Of a stretch of 64,000 nucleotides of DNA, positions 35,211 to 46,920 are shown one piece after another. The notes beneath the pieces were generated by a model that worked only from the letters and a program-made list of their open reading frames with translations, made no database searches and was not told the DNA's origin. Origin of the DNA: Penicillus capitatus (taxonomy: Eukaryota > Plantae > Chlorophyta); contig OZ287699.1 in NCBI GenBank assembly GCA_965649825.1, forward strand, positions 898,477 through 962,476. Direction: 5' to 3'. The position numbers and the translations under genes are program-made. How positions within the stretch are numbered: position 1 is the stretch's first letter; every line of letters begins with the position of its first letter.

Positions 35211-36650
35211 ATGATGACCGCCGGCGCACGACTCGGAATCCGTCGACACATGGCGGATCTAATTCAGGTTGTCGCTGCACGGCGAAGGAGTGACCTTCTT
35301 CAAACGCTTTGTAGATAACGCAACGCGGATTTGTGACGTATGTGCCTCTGCCGGGAGATGCTGCGTACAAGACTGTGACGCTGATCCCCGGCGACGGCGT
35401 GGGTCCAGAGGTCACAGATGCGACATGTCGAGTACTCGATGCCATGCGAGCACCGATCCGATGGGAAACGTACGGCCTTGTGCTATATCACTGGATGCAG
35501 AGGCATGGATGGAGCTGTACTGCAATGACAGATTTCGGGATTTATCCGGAAGCGTACTCAACGGACGACCGTCGGATTCCATTCCGGATGCCGTGGTGGA
35601 GAGTCTGCGGAAGAACGGCGTCTGCCTCAAAGGCACGCTGTTTACGCCAGTGGGTCGGAGTACACACACGGAGAGTTTAAACGTACAGCTGAGAAAGAAG
35701 CTGGATCTGCATGTCAACCTCGTTCATGGATTTTCGATTCCTGGACTGGTCACACGTCACAAAGACATGGACATTGTGGTCATCCGGTAATCACTTGTCT
35801 TTATGGATGTCTCTGATGTGACGTCATCCAGAGAGAACACGGAGGGAGAGTACAGTGGGTTGGAGCATGAAGTCGTGCCAGGTGTCGTGGAGAGTCTCAA
35901 AGTGATCACCGAACACAAATCACTCAGAACGGCGCAATACGCATTCGAATTCGCTTTTCTCAACAATCGCCAAAAAGTCACAGCGGTGCACAAGGCAAAT
36001 ATCATGAAGCTCGGTGACGGGCAATTTATCAAAGTGCCTCTTTGTCGCATCGTTCGGTTCCAGTAGAGAAGACAGTTGAGTATTGTAGGCATGTCGCCAA
36101 GTGGCCAAGAATTTCCCCGACATCGCATACGATGAGATGATCGTGGATAACACATGTATGCAATTGGTGAGCAAGCCAGAGCAGTTTGATGTGATGGTGA
36201 CGCCCAATCTCTACGGCAATCTCGTTTGCAACATCGTGGCTGGACTCTGTGGAGGACAGGGCGTCTGTCCGGGTGGCAACGTTGGCGAAAACATCGCCAT
36301 CTTCGAGCAAGGTAGACCATCATCTTCGAGGGCGATTCTCGCGATTACATGTGGATGAAAAACGAGGGGCGAGACATGTTGCATCGAGTCTGGCTGGGAA
36401 GGACTTGGCGAATCCCACAGCAACACTGCTTAGCGCCGCCATGATGCTCAGGCATCTCAAACTGCATCATTTTGCAGATCGGTGCCTATCCATGTCTCTG
36501 ATGCTGCGGGGCAAGAATATGTGTGGCATCAGGTTGAAGGACGCTGTGTATCGTGTTTACAGTGAAGGAAACAAAACACTGTTGACACCGGATGTCGGCG
36601 GAACGTCTCATCTGTCCACTTTCACAGATGCTGTCATCAAAGGACTTTAG
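35211..36650 (+). CDS. IDH1: Mitochondrial NAD-dependent isocitrate dehydrogenase, regulatory subunit
   Basis: [76 protein letters not shown] and TPDVGG; the NLYGN/GARH pattern is that of the non-catalytic subunit. Confidence 0.9.
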
Positions 36651-36693
36651 CTACCCTGCTGAGATTTGCAGACCATTCCATTCCACACAGTCC

Positions 36694-38091
36694 TCAATGC
36701 GTGGGTTCCCCAGTCACATAGCCCCAAATCCCCGATATACTTAATCTCCAACGATTTTCGTCGACTGAGGGAACGTCGTCTGATGGATGATCGATCCGTT
36801 CTGCTGGCTCCTGTTCCCTGTATTCGTCTGCGTTTTCGATCTGCGGCAGAGGGGCTCGAGTATCACTCCCTTCGACATGATGATGGTGAGATCGTGCTGT
36901 GGGCGGTTCGCTCTGTCCTTCATTTTGTCTTTCTTTTGAACCGTGATCTTCGGATGGAGGATCTGGTAAAGCGCCCGTCTGTTTCGAGGAAGTCATCTCC
37001 TCCGAGACTCCCGTCGATTGGAGAGGAATCTCAGGAGACTCGCGCAAAGTGGAACTCTGCTCAGCGAGTTTTGAATGAAGCGCTTCCATGTCATTGGCTC
37101 TCTTGAGTGCAGCGTCTCTCTCTTTTTGCTGGGCATCGAGCTTAGAGTGCAGTTCTTTCACTTTCGCTGCAGTTTCATTCCCCAACTTCTCGGTTTTGGC
37201 TTGAAGTTCGCGAATGGACTGCAGAACAACAGAAATGCAGTCATCGCATAAAGCGATAAAAAACAGGGCAAACGGTTTGTGCTTCGGCCAGCTGTCGGAG
37301 AAGCGTCTGATGTTCTGCCACAAGGCCTTCGTTGTGCCTTCGCATTTTCTCCAATTCCTTCTCACTCTCTTCGTATCTCCTTTTCCACTCCTCCACTTGC
37401 TTCTCACTCTATTCCATAACCGATCGGATAAAGAAGTGATGATGGTGCTTTAACGTGGATGAGTTGCGTCCTCGTTGTGCTCTCCTCATCTTCCTTCTGA
37501 CTCAGCTGCGTCAACTGCTGTTCCAATTGGAATGTCTTTTGCCTTTCTCGCTTCAAAGCGCCATCCACTTTGTGAATCTGACTCCTCAGCATATCCAATT
37601 CGTTCTCATTCAGAACACTGGGACACAGATCGACGATAAAGACGTCACAGACAAAGGCAGAAACATACGCATCGATTCGGTCGCGCAGGATGCGAAGACT
37701 GACGCCGCGACACCTCAAAGGCAGCTCTTCTACTGATGACTGCTTCATCGCTTCGACCTCCTCTCGCAGTTCAGCAAAATCACATCGAAGGCGCTCTAAA
37801 ATACTACTCTACACTTCCATGATAAACATGCATTCTTCTTGTGTCCTTATGGATGGATGGAGGAGAGACTTCTCTTTCTTTCGTTGCTGGAGGCGTATCT
37901 TCAACGTCATGCGTCTCCGTCTGCCTTTCTGCAGTGTTGTCGAATGCTTCGGGCGCAGCTTTGTTGCAGGCGATGCATTGGAGGTCGGATTGGGTGAGGG
38001 GAACGGTGGATGTGGCGTCGATGGCACCACCATCGTCGCGTTCTCTCTCCGTCGACGTTCCAAGAATGGCGTCCCCGTCTTCAACGTACAT
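36694..38091 (-). CDS. Coiled-coil protein with C-terminal aromatic/hydrophobic tail
   Basis: Acidic N-terminus, long heptad repeats (LDMLRSQIHKVDGALKRERQKTFQLEQQL...), ends RWRLSISGIWGYVTGEPTH*. Confidence 0.6.
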
Positions 38092-38177
38092 TTCTGCGAT
38101 AGGCCGCGTCCAAGATCGTTCATGACTCGCATCTTTACTCAAAATGAAATCGCCTTCATCGTCGCAATGTACATCGT

Positions 38178-40740
38178 CTAGTTTTTGGAAGTCGACTGAA
38201 TAACGGTCCTCTTAGCGATACCAATTTCGCACGCATTCACTTTTGCTGCAAATCTCAAAGAACAGAGCGATTCGTGGCAGTGCTCGGCAGAGGGAGAGAT
38301 GTTGACAAACATCAGGGTCTTGGATTCGCCACCCAGGCATGGCTGTAAGAGCCACGTTAGTTTTGAATTGCGATAGGGAACATGATCCGCTTTGTTGGAC
38401 AGGGCAACGATGACATCTCCCAATGAACTGAGACTCTTGTTAATGCTTTGCGCTTCTTTCAGACGGGCGCCCACAGCTCCTGACTCTTTGACCCGTTCAC
38501 TCCCGGCCAGATCGATCAAATTGAGAACACCCTGCACTTTTTGTCCCGTTTCAAAATTCCTCCCTTCGATTTTGAGCGTGAAGACAAAATGCGATCGCGA
38601 AGATTGGTCGTTCAGCAGAGTGGCACCAACAGATCGCTTCTGCATTGCCTTTTCGAGAAGTTCTTCGACTTTGCCTGGCTCTCGGACGTTGACGAGCATC
38701 AGATCCGAAACCGTGGTGTTTCCGTTGGCATCGTGCGTGACAGTGCGTTTCTTATTGACGGAGGAGGTCACTGTCCCCAACAGATCGACGTACTCTTCAT
38801 TGTAGATCTCTAGCATCGACGCGTGCATGGCAAATTTCCAGCCTCTCTCTTCCAGCTCTTTACAGCTTTGAAAAACTTGATGCATGGAGCGCGACACAAC
38901 GCCTGGCTGATCTTTACTGCCAACCATGGTGTACGTCTTCCCGCTCCCTGTTTGACCGTATGCAAAAATACAGACCTGATAGAAGGTACTTAGTCCATAA
39001 TCAAAAGCATTTGTGAAAGAAGAAGAACCTTGTAGCCATCCAAGGCGCTTTGTACAAGTTGAGATATTTCTTCGAAGACGGTTTCTTGTTGAGCGTCCGG
39101 TTGAAAGACGTTATCAAAAGTAAACCGCATTTCTTGATACGGCTGTTGCGGTGCCGAAGGACAGAGTATTGTTAAGCCCTGATCAGATGGAGCATCTCCT
39201 GCAGAACAAAGCATTGTGCCTCTAAAGATGGACAAACAACGACAGAAACCTGCAGGAGAAAAAGTGATAATCGGATTCTGTGTGCCCGGTTCACACAGTT
39301 TTTCATCTTCTTTGACTGGACGGACGCGACAGAAAACGCGAATATTCCCCTTGAGCTCCTGAATGGTGTTGTGCAGTTTTCTGCGTTCGTCTTCGGCTCT
39401 CCTCAGCCGTTCTTCCAGTTCCTCGATTTTGGATTCCCGGTTTTCGACATCGACTTGGAGATCGGTGATCTTGGCATCCTTTTGTCGAAGCTGCTCGAGT
39501 GACAGCTGCTTCTGTGTGAGGCAGATGGCCATCTCGCGTCTGAGCTTTTCCAGTTCTTCGTTCTGAGAGGCTGATTGACACTCAAGTGCCGCCCGAGTGC
39601 ACTCCATCTTTTCCATCTCTTCTGCAGATTGGCCCGTCTTTTCACGATACCTATCAAAACATCAGGTATCCGTCACATCATCATGCCTCGATAAGCAGCC
39701 CGTACATCTCTGCCATATCCTTCCATTCCTTCAGCTCCTTCTGTGAGATATCCAATTCGGTTGATCTCTGCTCTAACGCTGTTTTGAGATGGACAAGGGC
39801 TGCAGCATCGTGTTCCTTTCCCATTTCCAATGTGTTCACCTTGCCCTCCAACACTTCCACATTCTTCTTGTATCCTTCCTGCACCAAAACACCATTTCGT
39901 CACGAGATGGCTGTCACATCATCCACCTCTTTATCTTTAAGACTCTCTTGAAGCGTCTCGACTTTGCCTCTTGTCAGAACCAGCTCCTCCATAGCTTTTA
40001 ATTTCTCACCCTGTAGAGTGTACTTTGTTCACACGGGGTCATGTGGCAAGGACGACCTCTGTTTCTGTGAGTCTCTTGCTGGTATCAGTCATGTCCTTTT
40101 GCAAACTGGCATTGTATGTTTGCAAGCTGACGACGTAACTCTGCGCCTCTCTGAGCTTCTCTTCCACATGTCCAATCTTTATCCAGACACCGTCAGTGAT
40201 GGATTCCTCACAAAGGGCATTACACCTGCGTTTCGAGTTCGCAAATGCGTTTCGCCGACTGTGTCTTTTCCGTCGCTTTCTCCGTCTCGATCTCACGCGT
40301 CGTTGCCCGAGCCGTCTCAAGCTCCGAAGCAAGGCGCGTCTTCTCTTCTAATAAATACTTTGCCGCCGCGCGGAACTCTTTGATCACCGACGCGAGTTCG
40401 GCAATTTTGTTCTGCTGCTGTTTCGCCGTTGTCGTTCTACCGAGTTTGACAGATTTCGACAGCAATTCCTCGAGCGAGGCGTTCTGATGTTGCAGCCAGG
40501 CAACGAAATCGTTCTCGACTTTCGGCGCATCCTCATTCTCTTTGTCGCCACTGTTCCCCGCGTTCTTCTTCGGCGGAGGCTCTCCTTGGACGACGCGTGG
40601 GGACAGTGCACGTTTTCCCGCGATCTGTGCCGCACTCTATCGATCGAGAGACGTTTGTTAGCCAGAACCTCGACCACAAGACAACGCACTTTTCCACGGC
40701 GTCCTGCACGCGTTCGCGCAGAGTGTGTCTTCGAATGCAT
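38178..40740 (-). CDS. Kinesin-14 (KAR3/NCD/ATK1-like, C-terminal motor)
   Basis: Coiled-coil stalk, neck [47 protein letters not shown] and VPYRNSKLT. Confidence 0.95.
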
Positions 40741-40774
40741 CTCCGCTCGGCGCAAACGTCAAAGCGACAAGGCA

Positions 40775-43035
40775 TTAAAGCGTTTGATCAGCAACAGAAT
40801 GAAGATAATCTAAAGGACAATCACGTTCGACGATCCAACGATGCCAACGGGCTCGAAAATCGACCCGAGGAATCATCGCACGTCTTCGATTCGGTCTATT
40901 CTCCATCAACAGAGACGTCGTGTCTATGTGATGTCTGCAACAGGCCAATGATTAACAAACTGTGAACGAAGAGTGCTCGCTGTTCTTACTGTGCGAAGGT
41001 CATGGCTGAGCGCCCATATGAGTCGATCTCCGACATCAGCTGTGTCCCACCCGATTCCACGAGCAGTGCAATCATTTCTGCACATCCGCTAAAGAGGGGA
41101 CAGCTGATAGGGGACAATGTCAGGGAGATGGCCGGTTTACCGATAGGCAGCTATGTGCAGAGCCGTCTGCAGATAGCGATTTTTCATGCGTGTCAGAGCT
41201 GAGGCAGAGGGCCCTGCTGCAGCGAGAAGACATTTTGCGACATCACATCGATCTGCCACAGCTGCTGCCATGAGAGGCGTCCAACCGTCTTTATAGATCT
41301 CGCTCTGTTTCCAGTCAATTCCGTGGAATTCGCAGAAGGACACGATGACATCGACGACTCTGGTATGGCCACGAAGGGCTGCGATGTAGAGCGACGTCTC
41401 GTCATGTCGATTGGCCGTTAACGGATCAACCTGTGCTTCCAGAAGCAACAGCACGGCATCCACATGTCCTTCTCTTGATGCCTACACCCAAGTGATGACA
41501 ATCATCTGCAGAAAACATAGAAGTTACTTTTAGAAGAGGCGAGCCCCCACCACGTCCTCGCATCTCAAGAATGACCCCACTCTTGATCAAAGCTTGTATG
41601 TGGACATCGTTGCCTTGTTCGGCCGCACAGTGCAGCGGAGTTTGGTTGAAGGTGTAGACAGAATTGGGTGCCAGCATGGATCCTCCACGCGAAGTGCTGG
41701 ATGCCGTCGTGACGAGGCTATCCAGAAACGACACTGGGAGATCTTCGAATCTCGAGAGATCAGACGAAGCACTGTTCGGACGTGATCCTCTTTCAAGGAA
41801 CGCCTGAAATGGCTCGGCGATCTGAGATCGGTAAAACTCAACGCTATCGGCGTTGTTGAAATCGATCATGCACAAGTGCCGCTCCTGCAGTGGAGTCATG
41901 GATGCAATACGATCCGAGAGCAGGCGCTGTGCAAGATCGATCTCCCGTCGAGGAAAAAATGTCAATTCCAGCAACCAGAGATTGGACAGAGATGCCACGA
42001 GTGCGGCGATCCAAGCCGGACAGAACTCTGTATTTGACATGCTTGACGAAAGAGACAGGCCTAAATGCGACGCTACAGATGCAAAGGCGGCGCCGAAAAG
42101 GGAAGACATTTCAAGGGCATCTGGAATTTGCACAGTGGACCCTCCAAGCCCAAACACGGCCAAATTGGGGCAGCATTTAACAATAGCATCCAGCACACAC
42201 AATCCAACGCCCTCGGTGTTGTTGAGCACCAAGATTTTTAGCGGACTCCAGTGGAAAGCTGTGCCGTTTTCGAGAGTCGGTGGAATCGATGCTGCTGTTT
42301 CCTGTCGCATTTTCTCCACTCTCTGAAAGAACTGAGCGATCTCCTTGGAATTATTCATCCGATGCATCGTCATTTTCCCGAATACAGCAGATCTGAGGCG
42401 ATACTGAGGTGTCAGACTCCATTGCAGAACATGGAAGATCGAAGACTCCGTCAGCTGAAAGCAACGACTGAGATTGATCGACTCCAGCGATCTGGCTAGA
42501 CACCGATAGGGCTGATACGCCTGATACAACATCGAGGGTAAGTCCACAGTAACCTTTGTGCAGTTTGAGAGCGATAGATGTTTGATCCGCTTCAACTTCT
42601 GAAGAGCTAAGAGAACGTCATTGTTTGATACATTCGTCGAAGAGAGATCCAGTGATTCAATAACTGTCACATCAGCACCGAATTCAGCACAGAGAGACTC
42701 GGCGGCGGCATACATGGAAACTGCGTTGTCAGACTGACAAGCATGCGCTTGCATTTGGCTGTTTCGACCTCCGAAGGGCCAACAATTCCTGGTTTTCTGC
42801 AGAGCTTTAGGCGAAGGGCTGCATTTTGGATCAGAACTCGCAGAGATTTCGATACGAGCGTTAATCGCGCGATGTCTGCTGGTGAGTCGACCTTTTCTAG
42901 GATTAAGTTGAGCACCTGTGGCGACAGCAGATAGTGAGTGCTGCGACGCATCGAAGACAGAATGCAATCAACCTGTGCGGGAAGGTCATGCAGGGGCAAT
43001 GAAGACGGTTCATTGCGTTGGAGAGATGGCTCCAT
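40775..43035 (-). CDS. F-box + LRR + ankyrin-repeat protein; last exon uncertain
   Basis: Removing a 57-nt in-frame intron gives the F-box LHDLPAQ|VLNLILEKV; LRRs (IESLDLSSTNVSNNDV, IKHLSLSNC, LESINLSRCFQLT); ankyrins QTPLHCAA, ETSLYIAA, WTPLMAAA and QTALHIAA. Confidence 0.8.
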
Positions 43036-43493
43036 ACGCGGACGGACAGACGCGAGTTGTTCAGTGCTTCCTATCGACAGTCGATGCGGATGATGTGACG
43101 TGTGGCTATAGCAATTTCTACTCAAGCGTGTTAAAAATGCTAAAAATCACTAGAATTTGTCCACACAGCATAAAATGGGATCGCCATCAGTCTTTCACAG
43201 GATGTCCTGTCAAAGGCAATGGACAAGGAGTCCCAGTACAAATAAAATCGAGAACAAAAAATAAGATCATCAGAATTGTCTTCGACGTACAGAGGAGACG
43301 TATTACTAAGACGCTGATGTGACTGGCAGTCAAAAAACAGCAAATGCGCTGCTAGAAAAATCAATAGGCAAATTTCTTATAGAAATTTGAGTCGACTGCC
43401 AAGTCAACCAACGAAACAATGCAACAAAGAATCGACCAAATAAGGAATCATAAATGGAAGCTTATCCGTCGTGCGTGATGAAGCTAATGGGCT

Positions 43494-44922
43494 TCACGAA
43501 CAAGCATTCAGAACATTCTCTAAGCTAGGAATACTAGGCATGATGGTAAAATAAATGTAGTAGAATGCAAAAAAGACGAACGATGCAAGTGCGAGGCCTC
43601 CAATAATGCGAATCGTCCATTCTCTGTAGGTGGTTGCTGAGCGACACAAAAGCAGTGCGCAGCAGTAACCGGATACCATACCGCCAATATGCGACATGTG
43701 AGAAACGCCACTATGCATCTGGAAGAGGCTCGCAATCATGCACACAGAGCCGAAAAGCATACAGACGAGTCGCAGACTCGGTTTCTCGGTAATCGAGAAA
43801 CAGAACCGCCAGTCGGACATAAAGAGACCAAGGAGTCCGTAGATCCCTCCGCTGGCGCCCAGAACAATAAACGTCGGATTCTCAAACGTGGCGCTCGTGA
43901 GTGCGCCACAAAGATGCGAAAAACAAAAAATGAATAGGACTTTTACGGAGCCGTGCTTTCTCTCCAGTGGCTGTCCGAATAGGAACAGCATAAAAACGTT
44001 AGAGAAGAAATGACACGAGTCGCGGTGAACGAAGATGCAAGAAAACCAGCGATACCACTGGCGACCATGCAGCATAGAAGGCAGGTGGCGGCCTCCCCAG
44101 ATGATCAAGTAATCTTCTGTAAACGACCATGGCAGTGCATTTTCGATATTCCACTCTCCCTTCTTCAAAATCCACTGCAGCATGGTACGCGGTCCAAAAT
44201 CGACGCTCGAAGACGAAACCGCTTTCGTGCACCCTCGAACCAGCAGATAGTATCGGAATTCGCCGTACATACTAAAAAACGTCACAGATAAACAAGCAAT
44301 CATTAAAATGAGAAAGAATGTATGGTGTTTTCTTTCTTCGGTCGACCACGACGACCTCAGCCTGATCAAACACATCCGTTTATTCCCGAAAAGGTTGGCA
44401 GCATCGACTTCACCATGCGTTCAGTATTTGTCTGAGAGCCACGAGGCTGTTCTTCACTTGGCTTAGCAAGTTAACGGGACGCTTTCCCTGTCGACCACTG
44501 TTCTGACCATTAGTGCGTTTCGCACATCCATAAAGCTTTTCCGTGTCATGAGCGTCGACTTCGATACTCACAGAATCCTCCATGCCGTTTTCGGCGATGA
44601 AAGAACCCAACGAGATTTCGGAAAACGTTGGTGTGTTTGTGCCCGTGCTCTCACTGCAGTTGGTTTGTGACGAACAAGCGCCGTGTAGGATATCTATTTA
44701 CCTCTCGTCGTCAGTGGAAGACTTCACAATCACGATGAAACGTTCTACGTCGTCCGCACATACGCCCGGGATCTGATGACCAGCAGAAACACGTTCGTTG
44801 ACTCTACTCCGCCTAAACTCATTGTGCAAAGTCTCTTCGGAAAGAATACATAGACCGTACGTTGCATCGACATCCACCTCTTCGTCGACTGCAACGTCTA
44901 TATGGATGGTATGGAGAGACAT
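43494..44922 (-). CDS. Rhomboid intramembrane serine protease
   Basis: QWYRWFSCIFVH, HFFSN, LERKHG, catalytic GASGG and SHMSHIGG; soluble N-terminal exons. Confidence 0.9.
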
Positions 44923-45628
44923 CGTTTAGCTGCACGGTTTCTGTGGTCTCCCCGAAAGAAATGTATACAGATGCGGCTCCTCCATAATTCAACATAAGAA
45001 GACGCAGTCTTCGATTCACTTTGAATTTCGCCAGAGATCCGCGGCGATATTTGCCAGAGATCCACACCAACTTCAACGGGCGTTCGCTCTTAAAGACAAC
45101 CGGAAGATGTGGAAAACGCTACGTCGTTATCGCGTTTAGACAGCAAGACATTGACTGGGGTTCTGGCAGCCGTTTTCATGGTACGGCGTCGAAGAGGCCG
45201 ATTTCCGATCGTCGTTACGCCGCTCCGATGGCAGAAATCGAGCGCCGGCGCCTTTGTTCACGTCGAGAAGTCAACGCATTCGCTCTGAAGAACGCGAAAA
45301 GCCTGATGCAGCTGGATCCTTGCAACGCGTGCTCGATCCTCTCACGGAAGACGCGCACTCGCTTCCATCTGTACGCAACGAACGCGATGAAGCGACGCGG
45401 AAGAATCGGTTCTTTGCGTTCAGGGCAACGCATCCCGAGATTCCATTCGATGCAGCGACGACCCGTGTTTTCGTCACGTCTGTTCAATGGCGCCTATCGT
45501 CTCTGCTCAGACACTCCTGGATGTCGAAAAATCGCGACATGAGTTTACATTTTTGCGCCGTCAACGGTTTATGTTTTTTCATCGTAACCGACGAGTACCG
45601 TACCGCTATCTTCTTTCTGACGCTGCGC

Positions 45629-46900
45629 ATGAGCAACGCGTTTGTGAGCATGTGCGGCACTCTCCGAAAAAAGAGTGCTGCGTTTTTGCTTTTCATTTGC
45701 CTGAGTGCGTCGCAAACCGCCTCGAGCTCGGATGTCGGGCCCGTTCGGTCAGACCTGCTTCCGTCTTCTGCATTTCGCACAGAGTCTTCGTCGTATGCGC
45801 AGCATCTTTCACCTGGCAACGGCGATAGCTCACGCAATGTGCGTCCCCCTGTCGACGGAAGCGTTGTATTGGATTCCATTCCATCTTGGCCTTCCGAAAA
45901 TTCTGCCGCCACCCTACCGGAAGCTGTGGGATGGACATCGTCCCGTCCCTGCTGCGTGTCCGTCAGTCAATCCCGACATGACTGTTTCTTCCGTGTTCAG
46001 CAAAGCACGATTGGCCACTTGACAAAGCTCAAAGGACAAAAGGACACGTGGGAAAACTTGGGCGGACAAGTCATGAGCGACATCGGATGCACATCGTGGG
46101 GACCATCACACATTCTGGTCTATTACCTATCTTCCAACCAAACCGTACTCGCCAAAAGCTTTGAAACGGACAAATGGAGTGAATGGGAAGCTTTGCCGAT
46201 GTCAGCTCTTCAAGATACGCCACAGTGTCTGCCGGCCAAGCCTGGAATGATCGACTGCATTGGCCGCACTGCTGAAGGAACGCCAGCGGTGGCTTGTCTG
46301 CGAAGCGGTGCGTGGAAGAGAAAAAAGATTCCGATACAGCACCTCAGTTCCAGTATCGAATGCCTTCATGCCTCTCTAAGTAGCATCGACTGTTTCGCGA
46401 CTGGCATCGACAATGAGATGAAACACCTCCGCCGGACATATCGTAAGGGATGGGCATCGTCGTGGAAATCGTTGGGAGGTGCTTGCAAGGGATCCCCAAG
46501 TCCGATCCTCACAAAGACGCAACGGCTGGAAGTCTTTGTCACGAGTTCGATGGACAGACTGGCATATATTTCGCGTTACAATGGGGTGTGGACACACTGG
46601 AAGCTATTCGATCTCTGGGGACCACCCTTGACCACCGAGGCGACCTGTGTCGCATCGATCGATGAGCGCATCGACTGCTTCGCGGCGTTTCAGCCGAGTG
46701 GTCAATTGCATCGCGTTGTATGGAATGGAGATCGTTGGTCGAAATGGAAGGTCTATGCATACAATATCGTGGACAAGCCTCTCTGCCACTTTGCTGAGGA
46801 TCAACGCATCTGGTGTCTGCTCTTCACGTCGGCGATGAAGTGGAAGGTGACGGTGTTTAATCTCATTGATCTGCCTGCCTTATCTCCCTTACCGACATGA
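45629..46900 (+). CDS. Secreted intronless 7-blade PLL/DUF346-like beta-propeller (lectin-like)
   Basis: Signal-like KKSAAFLLFICLSASQTA, Ser/Pro linker, then seven repeats such as PCCVSVSQSRHDCFFR...WENLGG, IGCTSWGPSHILVY...WSEWEAL and ATCVASIDERIDCFA...WNGDRWSKW. Confidence 0.8.
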   Translation: MSNAFVSMCGTLRKKSAAFLLFICLSASQTASSSDVGPVRSDLLPSSAFRTESSSYAQHLSPGNGDSSRNVRPPVDGSVVLDSIPSWPSENSAATLPEAVGWTSSRPCCVSVSQSRHDCFFRVQQSTIGHLTKLKGQKDTWENLGGQVMSDIGCTSWGPSHILVYYLSSNQTVLAKSFETDKWSEWEALPMSALQDTPQCLPAKPGMIDCIGRTAEGTPAVACLRSGAWKRKKIPIQHLSSSIECLHASLSSIDCFATGIDNEMKHLRRTYRKGWASSWKSLGGACKGSPSPILTKTQRLEVFVTSSMDRLAYISRYNGVWTHWKLFDLWGPPLTTEATCVASIDERIDCFAAFQPSGQLHRVVWNGDRWSKWKVYAYNIVDKPLCHFAEDQRIWCLLFTSAMKWKVTVFNLIDLPALSPLPT

Positions 46901-46920
46901 CGAGTCTCTATTCCCAATGA
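46897..46920 (+). other. 7-codon linker ORF (MTSLYSQ*) overlapping the upstream stop and downstream start by ATGA at both ends
   Basis: ACATGA at 46895-46900 and CAATGA at 46915-46920. Confidence 0.3.

Noticed and set aside
45254-45628. Long N-terminal extension of the lectin ORF shown in the ORF track
   Set aside because: It begins at a non-ATG codon in CpG-rich promoter-like DNA; a signal-peptide-like segment follows ATG 45629/45650.
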